From the NCBI GenBank assembly GCA_951406725.2, contig OX597816.1, forward strand, positions 159,898,001 through 159,962,000: DNA of 64,000 nt. The letters are read 5' to 3'. Shown here in pieces: positions 11,601 through 24,044 of this stretch. Source of the DNA: Octopus vulgaris. Taxonomy: Eukaryota. Position numbers and translations under genes: made by a program. The notes beneath the pieces are model-generated. The model saw nothing but the letters and a program-made list of their open reading frames with translations. It was not told where the DNA came from and made no database searches. The stretch's first letter is position 1, and each line of letters opens with the position of its first letter.

Positions 11601-12657
11601 TCCAGGTTTGATTTCTTCCCAGGTTTTGTTTTCTTTGTTTTTCGGGGGCATACAGATGGTTTCAATTGCCCTAGCAGAAGCGTAAATAATTTCATTTAAC
11701 TCAGTAAAATCAGGTTTTAATTCTCGTATTATTTCATTTGTTACATAGTTGCCAATTTGGATTTGTTTTTTATTTTGGTTTGTATTTGAGAGTTTATGAA
11801 GTGGTTCTCTATCATTCATACTTGTATGTCTTACAACTTCAAGCGTATTCAGGATTTTCTGCCTCATTTCTGCCATAGACTCTCTGTGTTCTTCAGCAAA
11901 TGCGAGATCTTCAGTTACTGTTGTTTTTTCGTTTTCCTGGCTATCTTTAACAGGTACAATAGAATTTCTTGTATCTTCAGGCCTTTGCGTACTTTGGTCA
12001 GATGGCAGTCTTTCAATTAAGCCTCGTGGCGGGCTATACTGTTCATCTGATTCTTCATTTCCTTTGTGTCTTATATTTATGTCATTTTCCGTTGCGTGCT
12101 TGATCGCGCTTATTTTACTGTCTGTGAGTCTGTTATTTCTAAGGATATCCCTCCTCACATTTGCTAATTTGTTCTCGTCCAAATAGGGCCTACTGTCTTG
12201 ATTCCATGTTCTCCATATACTGTAAGAGTTTGCGGTGTGTCTCTCTTGAGATGGCCTACCTAATGCATAGTAATAAGCGTATATTACTTCTTTATATTCT
12301 TCTCGGGTCCATTTGTTCCGCTTACATTTTTCTTTCTGTGGTGGTTGTGGTGGTGAACTTGGAGGGCTCGAGTTGGGGGATTTCCCGTTCAAGTGACCAT
12401 CCATGTCCGTATTCGGAGAAGAGTTTGTGCCAGTTGATGACTTTTCGATCCCAGGCTGGCTCTTCCCTGGAGGACGCGCTTCCAGATTAACCATAGGACA
12501 AGCGATTTGGTATACTGATTTAGTTTTCCTTTTAGTTTCCAAAAACATTTTGGTGCTACGATAATGTTATCATTTTTTAGCTTTGATTGGCTCGTGGGGA
12601 GACGGCCATCATTGCCGTTACAATTATAATCGTACCATTATAGCAGCCGTAGTCGGC
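8693..12657 (-). mobile_element. Near full-length R4/Dong-clade non-LTR retrotransposon (RT plus restriction-like endonuclease)
   Basis: Three adjoining ORF segments carry RT motifs (NYRPITCL, DYKKAFDS, GIFQGDSLSP, YMDD), a CCHC finger (CRFC...HLISGC) and an RLE (RHD...KPDIVV...IDMSIP...KY). TAA-type repeats lie at both ends. Confidence 0.93.
8861..12548 (-). pseudogene. R4/Dong polyprotein of about 1229 aa, split by two 1-nt frameshifts (near 11620 and 10143)
   Basis: ORFs 11568..12548, 10105..11571 and 8861..10078 join in frame if one A is added at each of two A-runs. Confidence 0.8.
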
Positions 12658-13149
12658 TTATTATTGTTATTATCATCACCATTATTATCACTATCATCAT
12701 TATCACCACCATTACCATCATCATTATCATCATCACCATCACCATCACCACCATCATCATCAATGATATTGTTTTATGTGTAGTCACAGCAGTATCTTAT
12801 TATTGTTATTTTTGTTTTTTTATCATTATCACCATCACAGTAGTGTCCGTCTGTCTCGTTGGCTGGCTTGGTGGTTGCCTGTCAAATAATACTTTCTTGC
12901 CTGTCAAATAATACTTTCATATTTGGTTAACAATAGAGCCGAGGTGAGGTTTGTGTTGGTTGAACTCTTTGAGTGTGTGTGTGTGTGTGTAGATAGATAG
13001 ATAGATAGATTATCAGCACTATTACTATCATTATTATCATCATCACCATCATCACCATCAGTGATATTTTTTTTTTTTTTTTTAGGTGGGGTCCTATCGG
13101 TCAAAAAAAGTTCAGATGTTTACTACTATTAGGCTTAAGAAAAATTAAG

Positions 13150-14050
13150 GAAGGGCTGTTCTGTATTGTTTGTGAATAGAGAAATTGTGTTCGACCAGAG
13201 AGAATCTTAGCATCATCATTTTTTTTTTCCATGTGCGTTTGTGTTATTGCAATAAAAAGTGTTTGTATATTTCGTGTAAGGTAATATTGTGGAGGTTGAA
13301 GTTGACTTTTCTAGAGATGTTTGTATGTCCAGTTAGAAGAACAGATGTGTTTTTACAATAAAATGTATATGTTTACATTTATATTTGAATATTCAGGGAG
13401 GAAGCAAAGAAAAGTCAGATTTTCATAGAAAGTTTTAGGGTTTTGTAAGTCCACAAAAAGAAAAGCGTGATGTTTTTAGAGAGAAGAAAAAAAAAGGATG
13501 TTTACAGAGGCAATTGTGGGTATCAAAGTTTTTAAAGCTGGTCGAATGTATGATTGAAAACTGTAGATATGTAAATTTGTAAATTTTCTTAACTTATTTT
13601 GAAGGGCTGTTCTGTATTATTTGTGAATAGAGAAGCTGTGTTCGACCAGAGAGAATCTTAGCATCATTATTTTTTCCATGTGCGTTTGTGTTATTGCAAT
13701 AAAAAGTGTTTGTATATTTCGTGCAAGGTAATATTGTGGAGGTTGAAGTTGACTTTTCTAGAGATGTTTGTATGTCCAGTTAGAAGAACAGGTGTGTTTT
13801 TGCAATAAAAAGTATATGTTTACATTTATATTTGAATATTCTGGGAGGAAGCAAAGAAAAGTCAGATTTTCATAGAAAGTTTTAGGGTTTTGCAAGTCCA
13901 CAAAAAGAAAAGCGTGATGTTTTTAGAGAGAAGAAAAAAAAGGGTGCTTACAGAGGCAGTTGTGGGTATTAAAGTTTTTAAAGCCGATCGGATGTATGTT
14001 TGAAAGTTGCAGATATGTAAATTTGTAAATTTCTTAACCCACTTTGAAGA
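13150..14050. repeat. Two-copy tandem duplication, period about 451 bp
   Basis: GAAGGGCTGTTCTGTATT...GTGTTCGACCAGAGAGAATCTTAGCATC begins at 13150 and 13601, and the copies stay colinear to about 14050. Confidence 0.85.
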
Positions 14051-14213
14051 GAATTTCAAATACTCACGAGGTATTGTAGATGTTCCAGTCTTTGAGAGTT
14101 ATTTTTCCCCGTTGCTAAACTGGCCCATATTAGTGTTTCTATGGCTTTCGGCCATCGAACTGTCAGAGCAGTGAGGAACACGTCCAGCCGCTGTCAAGGC
14201 TGGCGCTATTCTC

Positions 14214-14266
<53 letters not shown>

Positions 14267-14279
14267 GAGTATTATTATT

Positions 14280-14892
14280 GAGAGAGTATCAAAGTGACAC
14301 AGGTAAAATATACGAAGCCCAGTATGCCCATCATGACTACCCGTCTGATAAGGGTACACCAGGCACATGCATCACAACCATATGTGCGCGACATGGTGAT
14401 CTCATATCAAGATAAACAGCGCATGACCTTGCAGGTGGAGCCCAGTTAGGATTTTCTTCTGGTCGAGTAGCCCATCCCGCTGAAAAGGTCCCTGAATAAG
14501 GATTGTTTAAAGATATTGAACGAATCACCTATGTTTCCAAAGGTAAATTATCCAAACCTCCATGAATTCCTTTCAACACACGGCTATGATGCTCCCCTAC
14601 TACTTCTGCTCGTGGTCAGAGATGCACATATCGTCAGCCACTAAGGGACATGGTCAACTGGTTAAGGTCAAACAACTGACAAGCAAATCTGTGGTATTGA
14701 GCAGAATATTTGCTGTAACCCATTTTTTATACCAAAACAAAACAATGTACATGATAATACTTCCAATCAGTTAAGATCAGAAGCCATGAGAGCTACTATC
14801 TGGCACTGCATCAGAGCATAGCAAATCTGTGGTGTTGAGCAGAATATTTGCTGTAGCTCATCTTTTATACCATCAAATCTGTAGTATTGAGC
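14280..14892 (-). mobile_element. Non-coding TAA-associated retroelement; partial copies at 15410-15625 and 15915-16200
   Basis: The block ATGACTACCCGTCTGATAAGGGTA...AGGCACATGCATCACAA occurs three times. Two copies directly follow (TTA)n tracts. Confidence 0.65.
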
Positions 14893-15380
14893 CATTATTA
14901 TTATTTGTTTGACTTTTGCTTTGTATTTCTACACGTTGGTTCCAAGTCTCACCCATAGACATCAAGACACAACAAGTTAGAAGTTCATGTTGGTGTTATG
15001 CCTAGGGTATCATATATTTGGTTTTGTACATAGTACTGTTCTAGAGAATGTTTAAGAAAACAAGAAAATTATGAGTTTGTTTCAAAATGTGAGATTACAT
15101 AGACAGTATTTTACGTAGGATATGGGCAATCTCCATGAGCACTATCTTTTGAATTTCTGCCATTTTGGGGTTTCCTTGTATCTGAGCTTGGTAGCAATCA
15201 GCCCCTTTTGCTATCATTCCTAGGTATTGTTTTAGTCTTGAGGTTCCACATTTTGCTGATTTCTATTTCAAGATCTTTATATTTGCTCAGTTTTTGGTAG
15301 GTCTTGACAGATACATTTATATCGATTGAGACAGTCACATCAATGAAGAGGCATGATTTTTGTCTGAAGTCTTTCAATAT
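14893..15380 (-). mobile_element. R4/Dong 3' fragment (RLE region)
   Basis: DIILKDFRQKSCLFIDVTVSIDINVSVKTYQKLSKYKDLEIEISKMWNLKTKTIP; same subfamily as 8038-8675. Confidence 0.75.
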
Positions 15381-15629
15381 AATGTCTTTATCATTATTAT
15401 TACTATTACTGAGTGAGAGAGCAGCGTATGTCATCAAAGTTACACTGGGGTACAATTATACGGAGCCCAATATACCCATTATGACTACCCGTCTGATAAG
15501 GGTATGCCAAGCACATGCATCACAAACATATGTGCGCGACATGGTGATCTCGTATCAAGATAAACGGTGCATGACCTTGCAGGTGGGACCCAGTTAGAAT
15601 TTTCTTCTGGTCGAGTAGCCCATCCCCCA

Positions 15630-17950
15630 TCTCTTACTGCCTTATTTTGTTTCCTGTATCATTTCTGTTCTTCTGGAAGTAAATTGTTACTTTCCAGATG
15701 ATTGTATAATTCTTCCGCCAATGCACAGGTTATAAGCTTCCACATAAGTGGTAAACAGATTATTGGTTGATAATTTGATGCTAAGTTCCTCTCAAGGGAT
15801 CCTTAAGGCATAGCAGCGTTCATCGAGGCAGGGACGTGACCTTGTTGCAGGCAGTCATCCAGTCGCACAGCGATCCTTTCATGAAACTGTGTAAAGTTCT
15901 TCAACCAATAGCCTTGTATACCCATCATGACTACCCGTCTGATAAGGGTACACCAGGCACATGCATCACAACCATATGTGCGCGACCTGGTGATCTCATA
16001 TCAAGATAAACAGCGCATGACCTTGCAGGTGGGGCGCAGTTAGGATTTTCTTCTGGTCGAGTAGCCCATCCCACTGAAAAGGTTCCTGAATAAGGATTGT
16101 TTAAAGATGTTGAACGAATTACCCAAGGTGAATTATCCAAACCTCCATGAATTCCTTTCAACACACAGCTATGATGCTCTCCTACTACTTCTGCTCGTGG
16201 TCCATCTGGGCCTAGTCCTTTCCAATTTGCTATTTTTTTTCACTTCTGTTTCACCCTCTATAGATTAATTTTGACGTCTTTTTGTCTTGGCACAGTTGCA
16301 AGTTGTCTTTCCACTTTTGTTAGCCACCCTGCGCTTTCTTTATGTCTGATCAGCCTGTTCCACAGCTCTATCTCCAAGATTATTTACTTCCTACCGCATC
16401 TGGGATCAGTTCCTGGTGTTGGTCTCTCTCTATTTTCTCAATTAAACGCCTTCTATTTGATTGGAACAGTCTATTCCATTCGAAATGTTGCATCTAGCAT
16501 ATCTTTTCAGTTTGGCCTTTAATGCTGTCGTTACCTTTTGTGTCAATACTTCATGTACTGTTTGTTTTCCCCTTTCTTCTAATCGGTACTGCCCATTCAA
16601 GTTTTTGATTACTGCCTTATTCTTGAGCTCTCTTTTCATTATCCTATCCAATTGCCCCAGTTCTTTCCGTGTCTTTTTCATCTTCATTCGTATTCTCTTC
16701 TTCCAGTTTGGTTCCTTCTTTTTAAATGCTGTTATATCTTTACTTTTTCGCTTGTAGTCTATGTTAGCTACGACATTAATAACAGCTATGATTAGCTGGT
16801 TTGTTTTACTGATGTTTTCTGTTTTAATCATGCTTAAAATGTCATTTACTTCGCCTGTGGCTCTCCTCACTTTTTTCTGTCCATATATCTTACATTTGGT
16901 GGTACTTCATTGTTCCCATCAGGCATTTTACCTCGCAACATTTCTAAAATCTTCTCTTCATCATTCAAGTCATCTTGGGTCATACATATCATCATCTGGA
17001 AAATATTTTCTAACTAGAAAGTGTATGGCCTGGTCAGCCTGTAATGATATGCATAAGATCTGGTCATCAAATCTAAGTAGAGATTTAAAACTTAAAATCT
17101 TCAAAGCCGCTGTCGAACCATTTCTACTATATGGCTCAGAAACTTGGACGTTATCAAAGAAGCTTGAGAGGCGGTTGGATGGAACTTACACTCGCCTCCT
17201 TATGAGAGCTCAAAATATCTCGTAGAAGCGTCATCCAACCAAAGTACAAATAAATGGGAAGTTACCACATGCACCATCTCTTGTGAAAGGTAGGAGAGTC
17301 CAGTTTGCTGGACATTGTTTTAGAGCCGAAAACGAGGCATTTTCTACTCTTCTCCTCTGGAAGCCATCTGCTCGCGATACCAGAGGGCGCACACTCTCCT
17401 ACCCTGATGTAATCTCCAGGGATACAGGCATCCAGCAACAGGACCTCCGTAATGCTATGGACCGTGGAGTCTGGCGTAGCATAGTAAATTCCATTGTCTC
17501 GACCACGGTCGAACAATGATGATGCCTTGTTCAGTACTTACTGTCACTTGTTTTTTTTTTTTCCTAGATCGTCTTCATCAGTTACTTTATCGGTATTTTC
17601 TGGTACTCTGCGGTTTCCAACTGTTGCATGTTCTTCATCTCTTACCCCTTCATTATCGCTTTCTGCTACTGCTGTTTCACTCTCCTTCTGCTCTATTCTT
17701 AAGCTTCTCTGAACTTCTGCAATCTCTACTTCCGTAATCCAGTCGTTCCTACGGATTGCCCTTGCTTCGTCTATCAGCCGTTGGGTGAATGTTTCAAAAC
17801 CTCCTTTTTCCTCCCATATTCTCTTCATTCGATTAAATGAAGCCTCTTTTATTTGGCATTCTATCACTATTTTGTTTCCCATTTCATTCTTTTTCTTTCG
17901 CACTTTTGACTGCGATTCTTTTTTACTGCTCCGTGAGTTTATGCTTGGGT
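15630..17950 (-). mobile_element. Decayed R4/Dong-related LINE (N-terminal and RT-proximal part)
   Basis: Segments QRLIDEARAIRRNDWITEVEI and KKEPNWKKRI...ELGQL...LTQKVT resemble the N-terminal region of the 8693-12657 element. Interrupted by other insertions. Confidence 0.65.
16990..17524 (+). mobile_element. RTE-clade LINE 3' fragment with (GAT)n tail
   Basis: KLKIFKAAVEPFLLYGSETWTL...; RRVQFAGHCFRAENE...AMDRGVWRSIV; ends in CAATGATGATG. Confidence 0.8.
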
Positions 17951-18235
17951 TTAATTTTATTATTTAGAAGTTTCCTTTTGCAGATTTTATTGTTCTGTCT
18001 TATTTCTTGGTTCATCAGAATCATAAGGAACTGATCAATCGTTTTTGTTACTTGTTCTACGGGACAAAATTTTCAAAGAAAGGAATTTTTCTCCGACGCA
18101 TAAAATATAATTTCAAAATAGTGTCATCGTCGCTGAACCAAGAAGGGAGGAAAGTGGGAGAAGGTTGGGAACGGGAAATCGTTTTACGCGACCGACTTTC
18201 CTCACACAATTCTTCGGAGTGTAACTAAATAGTAG

Positions 18236-18283
18236 CAGTACTATCAAAAGCAACACCAACAGTAACAACAACAATAGAATCAA

Positions 18284-18357
<74 letters not shown>

Positions 18358-18545
18358 GTAGCAGCGGTATGGACAATGGACATGTCCAACAAAGAAGCTT
18401 AGAGGATTACCAGCAGCAGCAGCAGCAAATTGCGCATCGCCAACTCCACCGCTCCCCATCACAGTCACCGCCAACACCGCCACCGCCGCCACCCACCCCC
18501 ACCATCACCGCCACCACCACAATAAAAAGTAACAATAGCGACAAC
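18236..18545. repeat. (CAG)n/(CAA)n/(CCA)n trinucleotide repeat block
   Basis: Directly visible. Confidence 0.9.
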
Positions 18546-19559
18546 GATGGTTTAAACATTGCCAACAGCATTGAAAGATTCATCAAAAAATATTTCTTTT
18601 GCTAAAATCGCGCAAATGTGATTGATGTTATCCTACAAGAGAACAAGAGAGAACAAGGATAAAACACAATACCCGAACAGAACAAAGTTACACTTAATAT
18701 ACAACAACACTTCTTGGCGCAAACAGAAAAGAAAACCATTAAGTATAGATGTTTATCGACGAAAAGATAAAGTTAAAGCGCATACCTTCAGATCAAGATA
18801 AACTATGTTTAAAAAATATGTGACAGGGCATCAGTTTTGAGGGGTATTTCCATAAATTCTGATAAATCCAAGTTATTTTCCACCTTGAAACTCTAGTCCA
18901 GAAGCACTTCACCATCTTAAGGAGAGAGTGATCCGAATAAAAGTCACAAACATACCAATAGAACTAGATTTTTGGTGGGTGGGGAAATATGTAGAAGACC
19001 CCAGCTCGCTTCTAGAAATAAAAAATTTTCGGAAAGAGAATTGGGTCGGGATACGATAGAAGATTCTGGCTAAAATGAAACTTGAGTCACTCGACAAAAT
19101 TTCTGACCTAATAGAGATCCCAGGAAGGCAGCAAGTGCAGGTGGTTGTGGAAGGCAGAAGATAGCGACGTTACAAATGTGAAACACAACCCACCTCAAGG
19201 CTTTCAGTCCCTAACAACACTACTTCAACAACAGCAGAAACTACGACTCATGTACTCGCAACAACAGCATGCAACTGCATCATCAGTGATTGCAGCATAA
19301 GCTACAAGACTGGAAGCAACAGTTATAACACCATCAGCAACAAAATTAATAAAAAGAAGAAAATAAACATCGCCCGCCAGAGCCACTACATCACCAACCT
19401 CAGCAACAGAAAGCCCCCACATAACACAAAATGACAATGATCCCCAAAACATGCCCCCTCCCTGATTGGGACCATTTGGATATGTCATGTGGCGAAGATG
19501 ACGGTGAGGAACCTAAATGACAAAATGTTACAAATGCAAAGAACAGAAAAAGAAAGACA

Positions 19560-19988
19560 GGATCTTTTCGGTTTGAACGGCAGTTTTTAACATAATTTCT
19601 AGGTAACTAAAAAATTTTAAACTTCGTATACTGGTAGAATGTGTTTATAAAACATCTTTTTCTCTTAGCTTTATTGAGAAAATTCTATGGTTTGTAAGAT
19701 ATTTGTTGTTTTTTTCTTCAATTTCTGCAATTTCAACCAATCAGTGACGTCTATTGAGGTAAAAAAAACCCATTCTGTGCCGTATGAATATGTCCCTCGT
19801 TTAAGAAACAGATTGGGTTTATTTACATTTGTGAAGAAAAAAGATACCCTTCCCCCCATCCCTAACCCTAACCCTAACCCTAACCCTAAAACAGATTGAG
19901 ATGCAATAGATCGATACTAGGGTCATAATTATGAGTGGCAATTTCATGACACCGCTAGAAAAAACTGCCATTCAAACCGAAAAGATCC
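19560..19988. mobile_element. Merlin-like MITE (429 bp) with 29-bp TIRs, 8-bp TSD and internal (TAACCC)n
   Basis: TIRs GGATCTTTTCGGTTTGAACGGCAGTTTTT and AAAAACTGCCATTCAAACCGAAAAGATCC (one mismatch). TSD GAAAGACA at 19552-19559 and 19989-19996. GG...CC ends plus an 8-bp TSD fit Merlin. Confidence 0.8.
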
Positions 19989-20509
19989 GAAAGACACTAG
20001 CAAAAAATACTGATAGATCTGAACAAATGGGGATGCCTTTGAGCAACAATGCCCCAAAACCACTCCAACAACTGTTATACTTGTCACCACCACCATCGCT
20101 ACCAGCACCATTATCACAGATACCACTATTATAAGCAATACCTAATTCACACAGCAGCAGTCAGATCACACACTCCAACACAGACTAAAAAGATATTAAC
20201 TACACGGTCATAAATACAAGCAATAAAGAATTAATGTACACATAAACCAACATACAAACATCATTCACAAAACTACATCACATTAACTAATAGCATTCCA
20301 TCACACATAAAAATAATCGAATATCGCAACATACATACAATTTAAAAAAGAAACACTTCAAAAGAGCACGAGATTTCAGGTGGTGGGGGGATATAAATAA
20401 AATACTACACAAAGAACTGCTAGTGGAGACGCTCACAGCCATCCGGAGGTACGAAACACCAGTCCTACTATAAGAATAAGGTAAAAAAAAAAAAACTACT
20501 TAGATAAAA

Positions 20510-21610
20510 AACTTAGATATGTTTCGACCAGAGATTGGCCCAGGCCATGTCTAACTTAATAGCACCACCTGATAGGATTATCTAAATCCTTTTTAAGTCA
20601 ATTTTTGTTTATGGTCCATTCAAGTAGTGAGTTCTAATTGAGTGAATTGTATCCAGGTATGGGTGGCTTATCTGGTATTCCTTGAAGAAATCTGTCCAGA
20701 CTCAGTTTAAAGGTGATGGGATCCTTTTCCTCTTTAATCAGTTTTGGGACAATGTTAAACAGGGCAGGGCCTGTTGAGGAAAAGAAATTATGTTGCAGTG
20801 TACCTATATGTTGTGATCCTGAATTGGGCAGGGGACGTAAGGCCCGTGGTCCTAGCCTTGGATGAACCTTGGAACTAATGTTCATGTCATTTGGGCAATG
20901 CTGGTGGTATATTCTCCACATCGTACAAGTGATGTACCGCTCGTGACAGCGCTGGAAAGAGTAGAGTTTCAAGGCTTTAAGGTGGTCCCAGTAATCGAGA
21001 TCAGTCTTGCCTTCAATTCGTTTAGTAAGTGCTCTCTGGGGGTGATTCAATCCTTGAGATGTTTTGTTTTGTATGAGACCACAAGGGGTAGCAGTATTCG
21101 AGGTGTGGCCGTACAAAGGAGGAGAAAAGTTGAATGATGACACCTTGTTCTCTGGACCGGAAGGTTTTTAAGATCCAGGAGCTCATTCTACGAGCTATAT
21201 CGACCTTATTGTTGATGTGGGCACTCCAACTGAGATTGTTACCAACAATTACACCCAGGTCTCTGATATTATTAGATGCCGTGAGCGGTTCCTCAGAAGG
21301 AAGAGAGTATGGTTGTTTTAGTATAGACTTTCTTCCAAAATGCATCAGTTCAAATTTTCCCTCGTTCAGTTGCATTTTGTTTCTGTCTGCCCATTGATTC
21401 TCAGCATGTACATCAGACTGGAGTTGAGTTCGGTCTTCCTCTTCATTGATGATTTTCTGGAGCTCAGTGTCATCAGCAAATATTTTCACTTTGCAGTGAT
21501 TTACGACGATGGAAAGGTCATTTATGTAAATTATAAAGAGGAGCGGACCCAAGACAGTCCCCTAAGTGGGCCCATGACAGTCCCCTGGGCGGGCCCAAGA
21601 CAGTCCCCTG
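20510..21610 (-). mobile_element. 5'-truncated CR1-like LINE (RT C-terminal half)
   Basis: QGTVLGPLLFIIYINDL...KIFADDT...RDLGV...FVRPHLEYC, frameshifted. Confidence 0.85.
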
Positions 21611-23346
21611 ATCCTTTCTCGGTTTCTTCTCTCTTGTTGATCATGCCTATGCACAGAATAGGAAGTGTAAATGTATGTAGCCTGGAGTCACCATGGAAGC
21701 AAAGTCATCTGCTCAACAAAATCAAGGCATAAGAAGATATAGAGGTGGTGGCCATCAGCGAGACTAGATGGTTGGTTGCATGGTGGGCAAATTACCTGAT
21801 TTGGGTTACCTGCTACGCGAGCTTTACTTTTATATGCTAGGCATGTTTGAAGACCTCTTGGCAGATATCTATTGCAACTGGCAGCAAAACGGGAGAATCC
21901 CCAATTCTTTGAGAATTTTTGCTCTAGTTCACGTCTCACCAAACCGAACGCCTGTTCTTTTGCTTTCTATGGAAGAGATTCGTCTCACTAATCAGGTAAT
22001 CTGTTTGTTGTCAACACCAGTTGAGTGGAGGACTGGGCATGTTATGGCTGATGATGCACAGACATATGCAGAGACTGTGAAATCCCTAGTGTTTTCTTGA
22101 CAGTAAGTAGGTGTGGTCGCCGTTTGTCACGCCTACTTTTCCGCGGTTCATCTCTTTGACTGCAGTTCTAGATCAAGCAGTTCGAGACAAACTTTCAAGG
22201 TATGGATATACCGTTAGCCAAGCTTGCCCGAGATGCGCATAGACTAACGAAACTGTTCTGCATGCACTCATCCAGTGCTCAAGCATTGCTAAATTGTCGC
22301 GTGTAGGACGGATTCGGCTATCGACTGTATCTATTATGAAGATCGTCCCACCCACTCTCTTTGGCCGAGGACAAGCAGCTTTCATCTTTCAGGTGACCTT
22401 AGTGTAAATTGTTGTGTGGTGGACAACTGAAGTCAGACGCCGTTCTCTTTGACCAAGCTCTCATCAACTTTTTCAAGATTCACTTTAAAAGGAAAATGAA
22501 GGTGAAGAGGGGAGTGCTGCCTTCCATGTAGAAACCTTGATAAATGGTAAGAATGGGTTGAGTGAATGGGCCTGCTCTGAGCATGTGTTTGCACAATGAA
22601 AATGGAAGATGAAGAGAGGGCCCTTACCTTAATTGTCAGGGGTGTGTGGTTTTGTAGGGTTCCCACAAGCATTCCTCGGGAGTTTCCAAAAGCATTTGAG
22701 TAACTGTCCATTTGAACGTTTTGTTGAGTAGACTCGAGTGACGGAAGCGCAACGAGGCGACGAAGCCATAATTCAGTCTTTAGTAAACTAAATGGGCGCA
22801 TGCTACTTGAACCTGAGCGGATGTATACGGCTTTTCAGCAGCACTTCGGTCAAATTCTCGAGTCGAGTGGTTGGCCGGATCGCAGGATGAACTTTAGTAC
22901 CTACCTCAACAACCTGCCGCGACTCTCGGCGACAGACATTAGTGTGTTGTGAAAAGCTGGTAACAGATGTGGAAATACGGGAAACGATGGTTCTTTGGCT
23001 GGTTGTGTGGTGGGCAAATTGCCTGGTTCGGATGGCCAGCGAGCTTTACTTTTATATGCCAGGCTTGTTTGAGGATCACTCGGCTAATATCTACCACAGC
23101 TGGCAGAACAGGAGACTTTTCAGTACTGTGAGTTAAAGAGCGGTTGTGCAGTTGAGAAAGGACCGGATCAGAATTTATCACTTTGATAATTTTTGATCAA
23201 TAAGTCAGCTAAATAAAGAGTTCCAGATTTTGGCAAAGGTGTTAACAAAGGCATTAAAGAAAATGGAGAAAAAAAATGGATGTATGAATAATTTATTTGA
23301 ATGTTATAAAATGATGAAAATTTCTTTTAAAAAACAACAGTACAAA

Positions 23347-23718
23347 TACAAGAGCACTCAAAGAGCGCAAACCCTGACCAAAGCAACACCAACGTCCTCT
23401 CAATGATTAGCCAGAGATGATTGTTAAAATGAGAATATCTGAAGTAAACTCGACTGCTCTCACAAACGAGAATACTAAAAATGAACCCGACTGCTCTCAA
23501 AAATTAAGTAAAAAAAAATAGGGAAAATAATCCAGATTCTTTGTCCGGTATCGGATCGATCCCAAAATCTAATCAGTCCGTGCTAATCACGAGACTAAAC
23601 ATCCCTGAAAGTTTTATCCGAGTCTATCCAGTGGTTCTGGAGATATCTTTTCCATGGACAAACAAACAAACAAACACGACTGAAAACAATACCTCCACTA
23701 GCGAAGGCGGAAGTAATA
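23347..23718 (+). mobile_element. Helentron-associated (HINE/DINE-1-like) non-autonomous element
   Basis: ACAAGAG 5' end, subterminal (ACAA)n microsatellite and an imperfect 3' hairpin TACCTCC...GGAAGTA followed by A-rich sequence. Called on architecture only. Confidence 0.55.
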
Positions 23719-24006
23719 ACCTAAATTCAATGATCTCATAATTAACCCCGAAGAAGTTCTACCCCCGTATAGTTAGAATACGATACCGTTCTTAGCATGT
23801 AATCAAATGCTTTCAACTGCTGATCACCTAGGTGAAAGGACTGAAACATATATGTAGGTTCCTTTATTTATTATTTGTTTATTTATTTATTTATTTATGT
23901 ATTAGCTTTACAATTTGCAATAATTTTATTTGTCCTGTTACGTTTTTAAAAGAAATTTTCATCATTTTATAATATAAATAAATTATTCTAACATCCATTT
24001 TTCTCC

Positions 24007-24009
<3 letters not shown>

Positions 24010-24044
<35 letters not shown>

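Larger units (their letters stand above)
18850..23250 (+). mobile_element. Fragmented L1/Tx1-clade LINE relic(s) hosting younger insertions
   Basis: ORF1 knuckle remnant VVVEGRR*RRYKCET (about 19140); endonuclease start RIGSVNVCSL...IEVVAISET (about 21655); RT-proximal ELYFYMLGMFEDLLADIYCNWQQNGRIP (about 21820, repeated about 23040); C-terminal CPRC...ETVLHALIQC (about 22225). Confidence 0.6.

Noticed and set aside
12560-12660. Possible HDV-like ribozyme at the 5' end of the R4/Dong element
   Set aside because: Small hairpins exist (GCCG-ACTA-CGGC and CGT-CTCCCC-ACG on minus), but I could not build the P1/P2 double pseudoknot by eye.
14335-14360. CTGATAA motif in the TAA-associated repeat as a hammerhead
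   Set aside because: It lies in a simple TACCC/GGGTA hairpin loop with no matching GAAA or stem III.
18113-18605. PolyQ, polyL and polyC ORFs
   Set aside because: Trinucleotide repeats with no splice or domain support.
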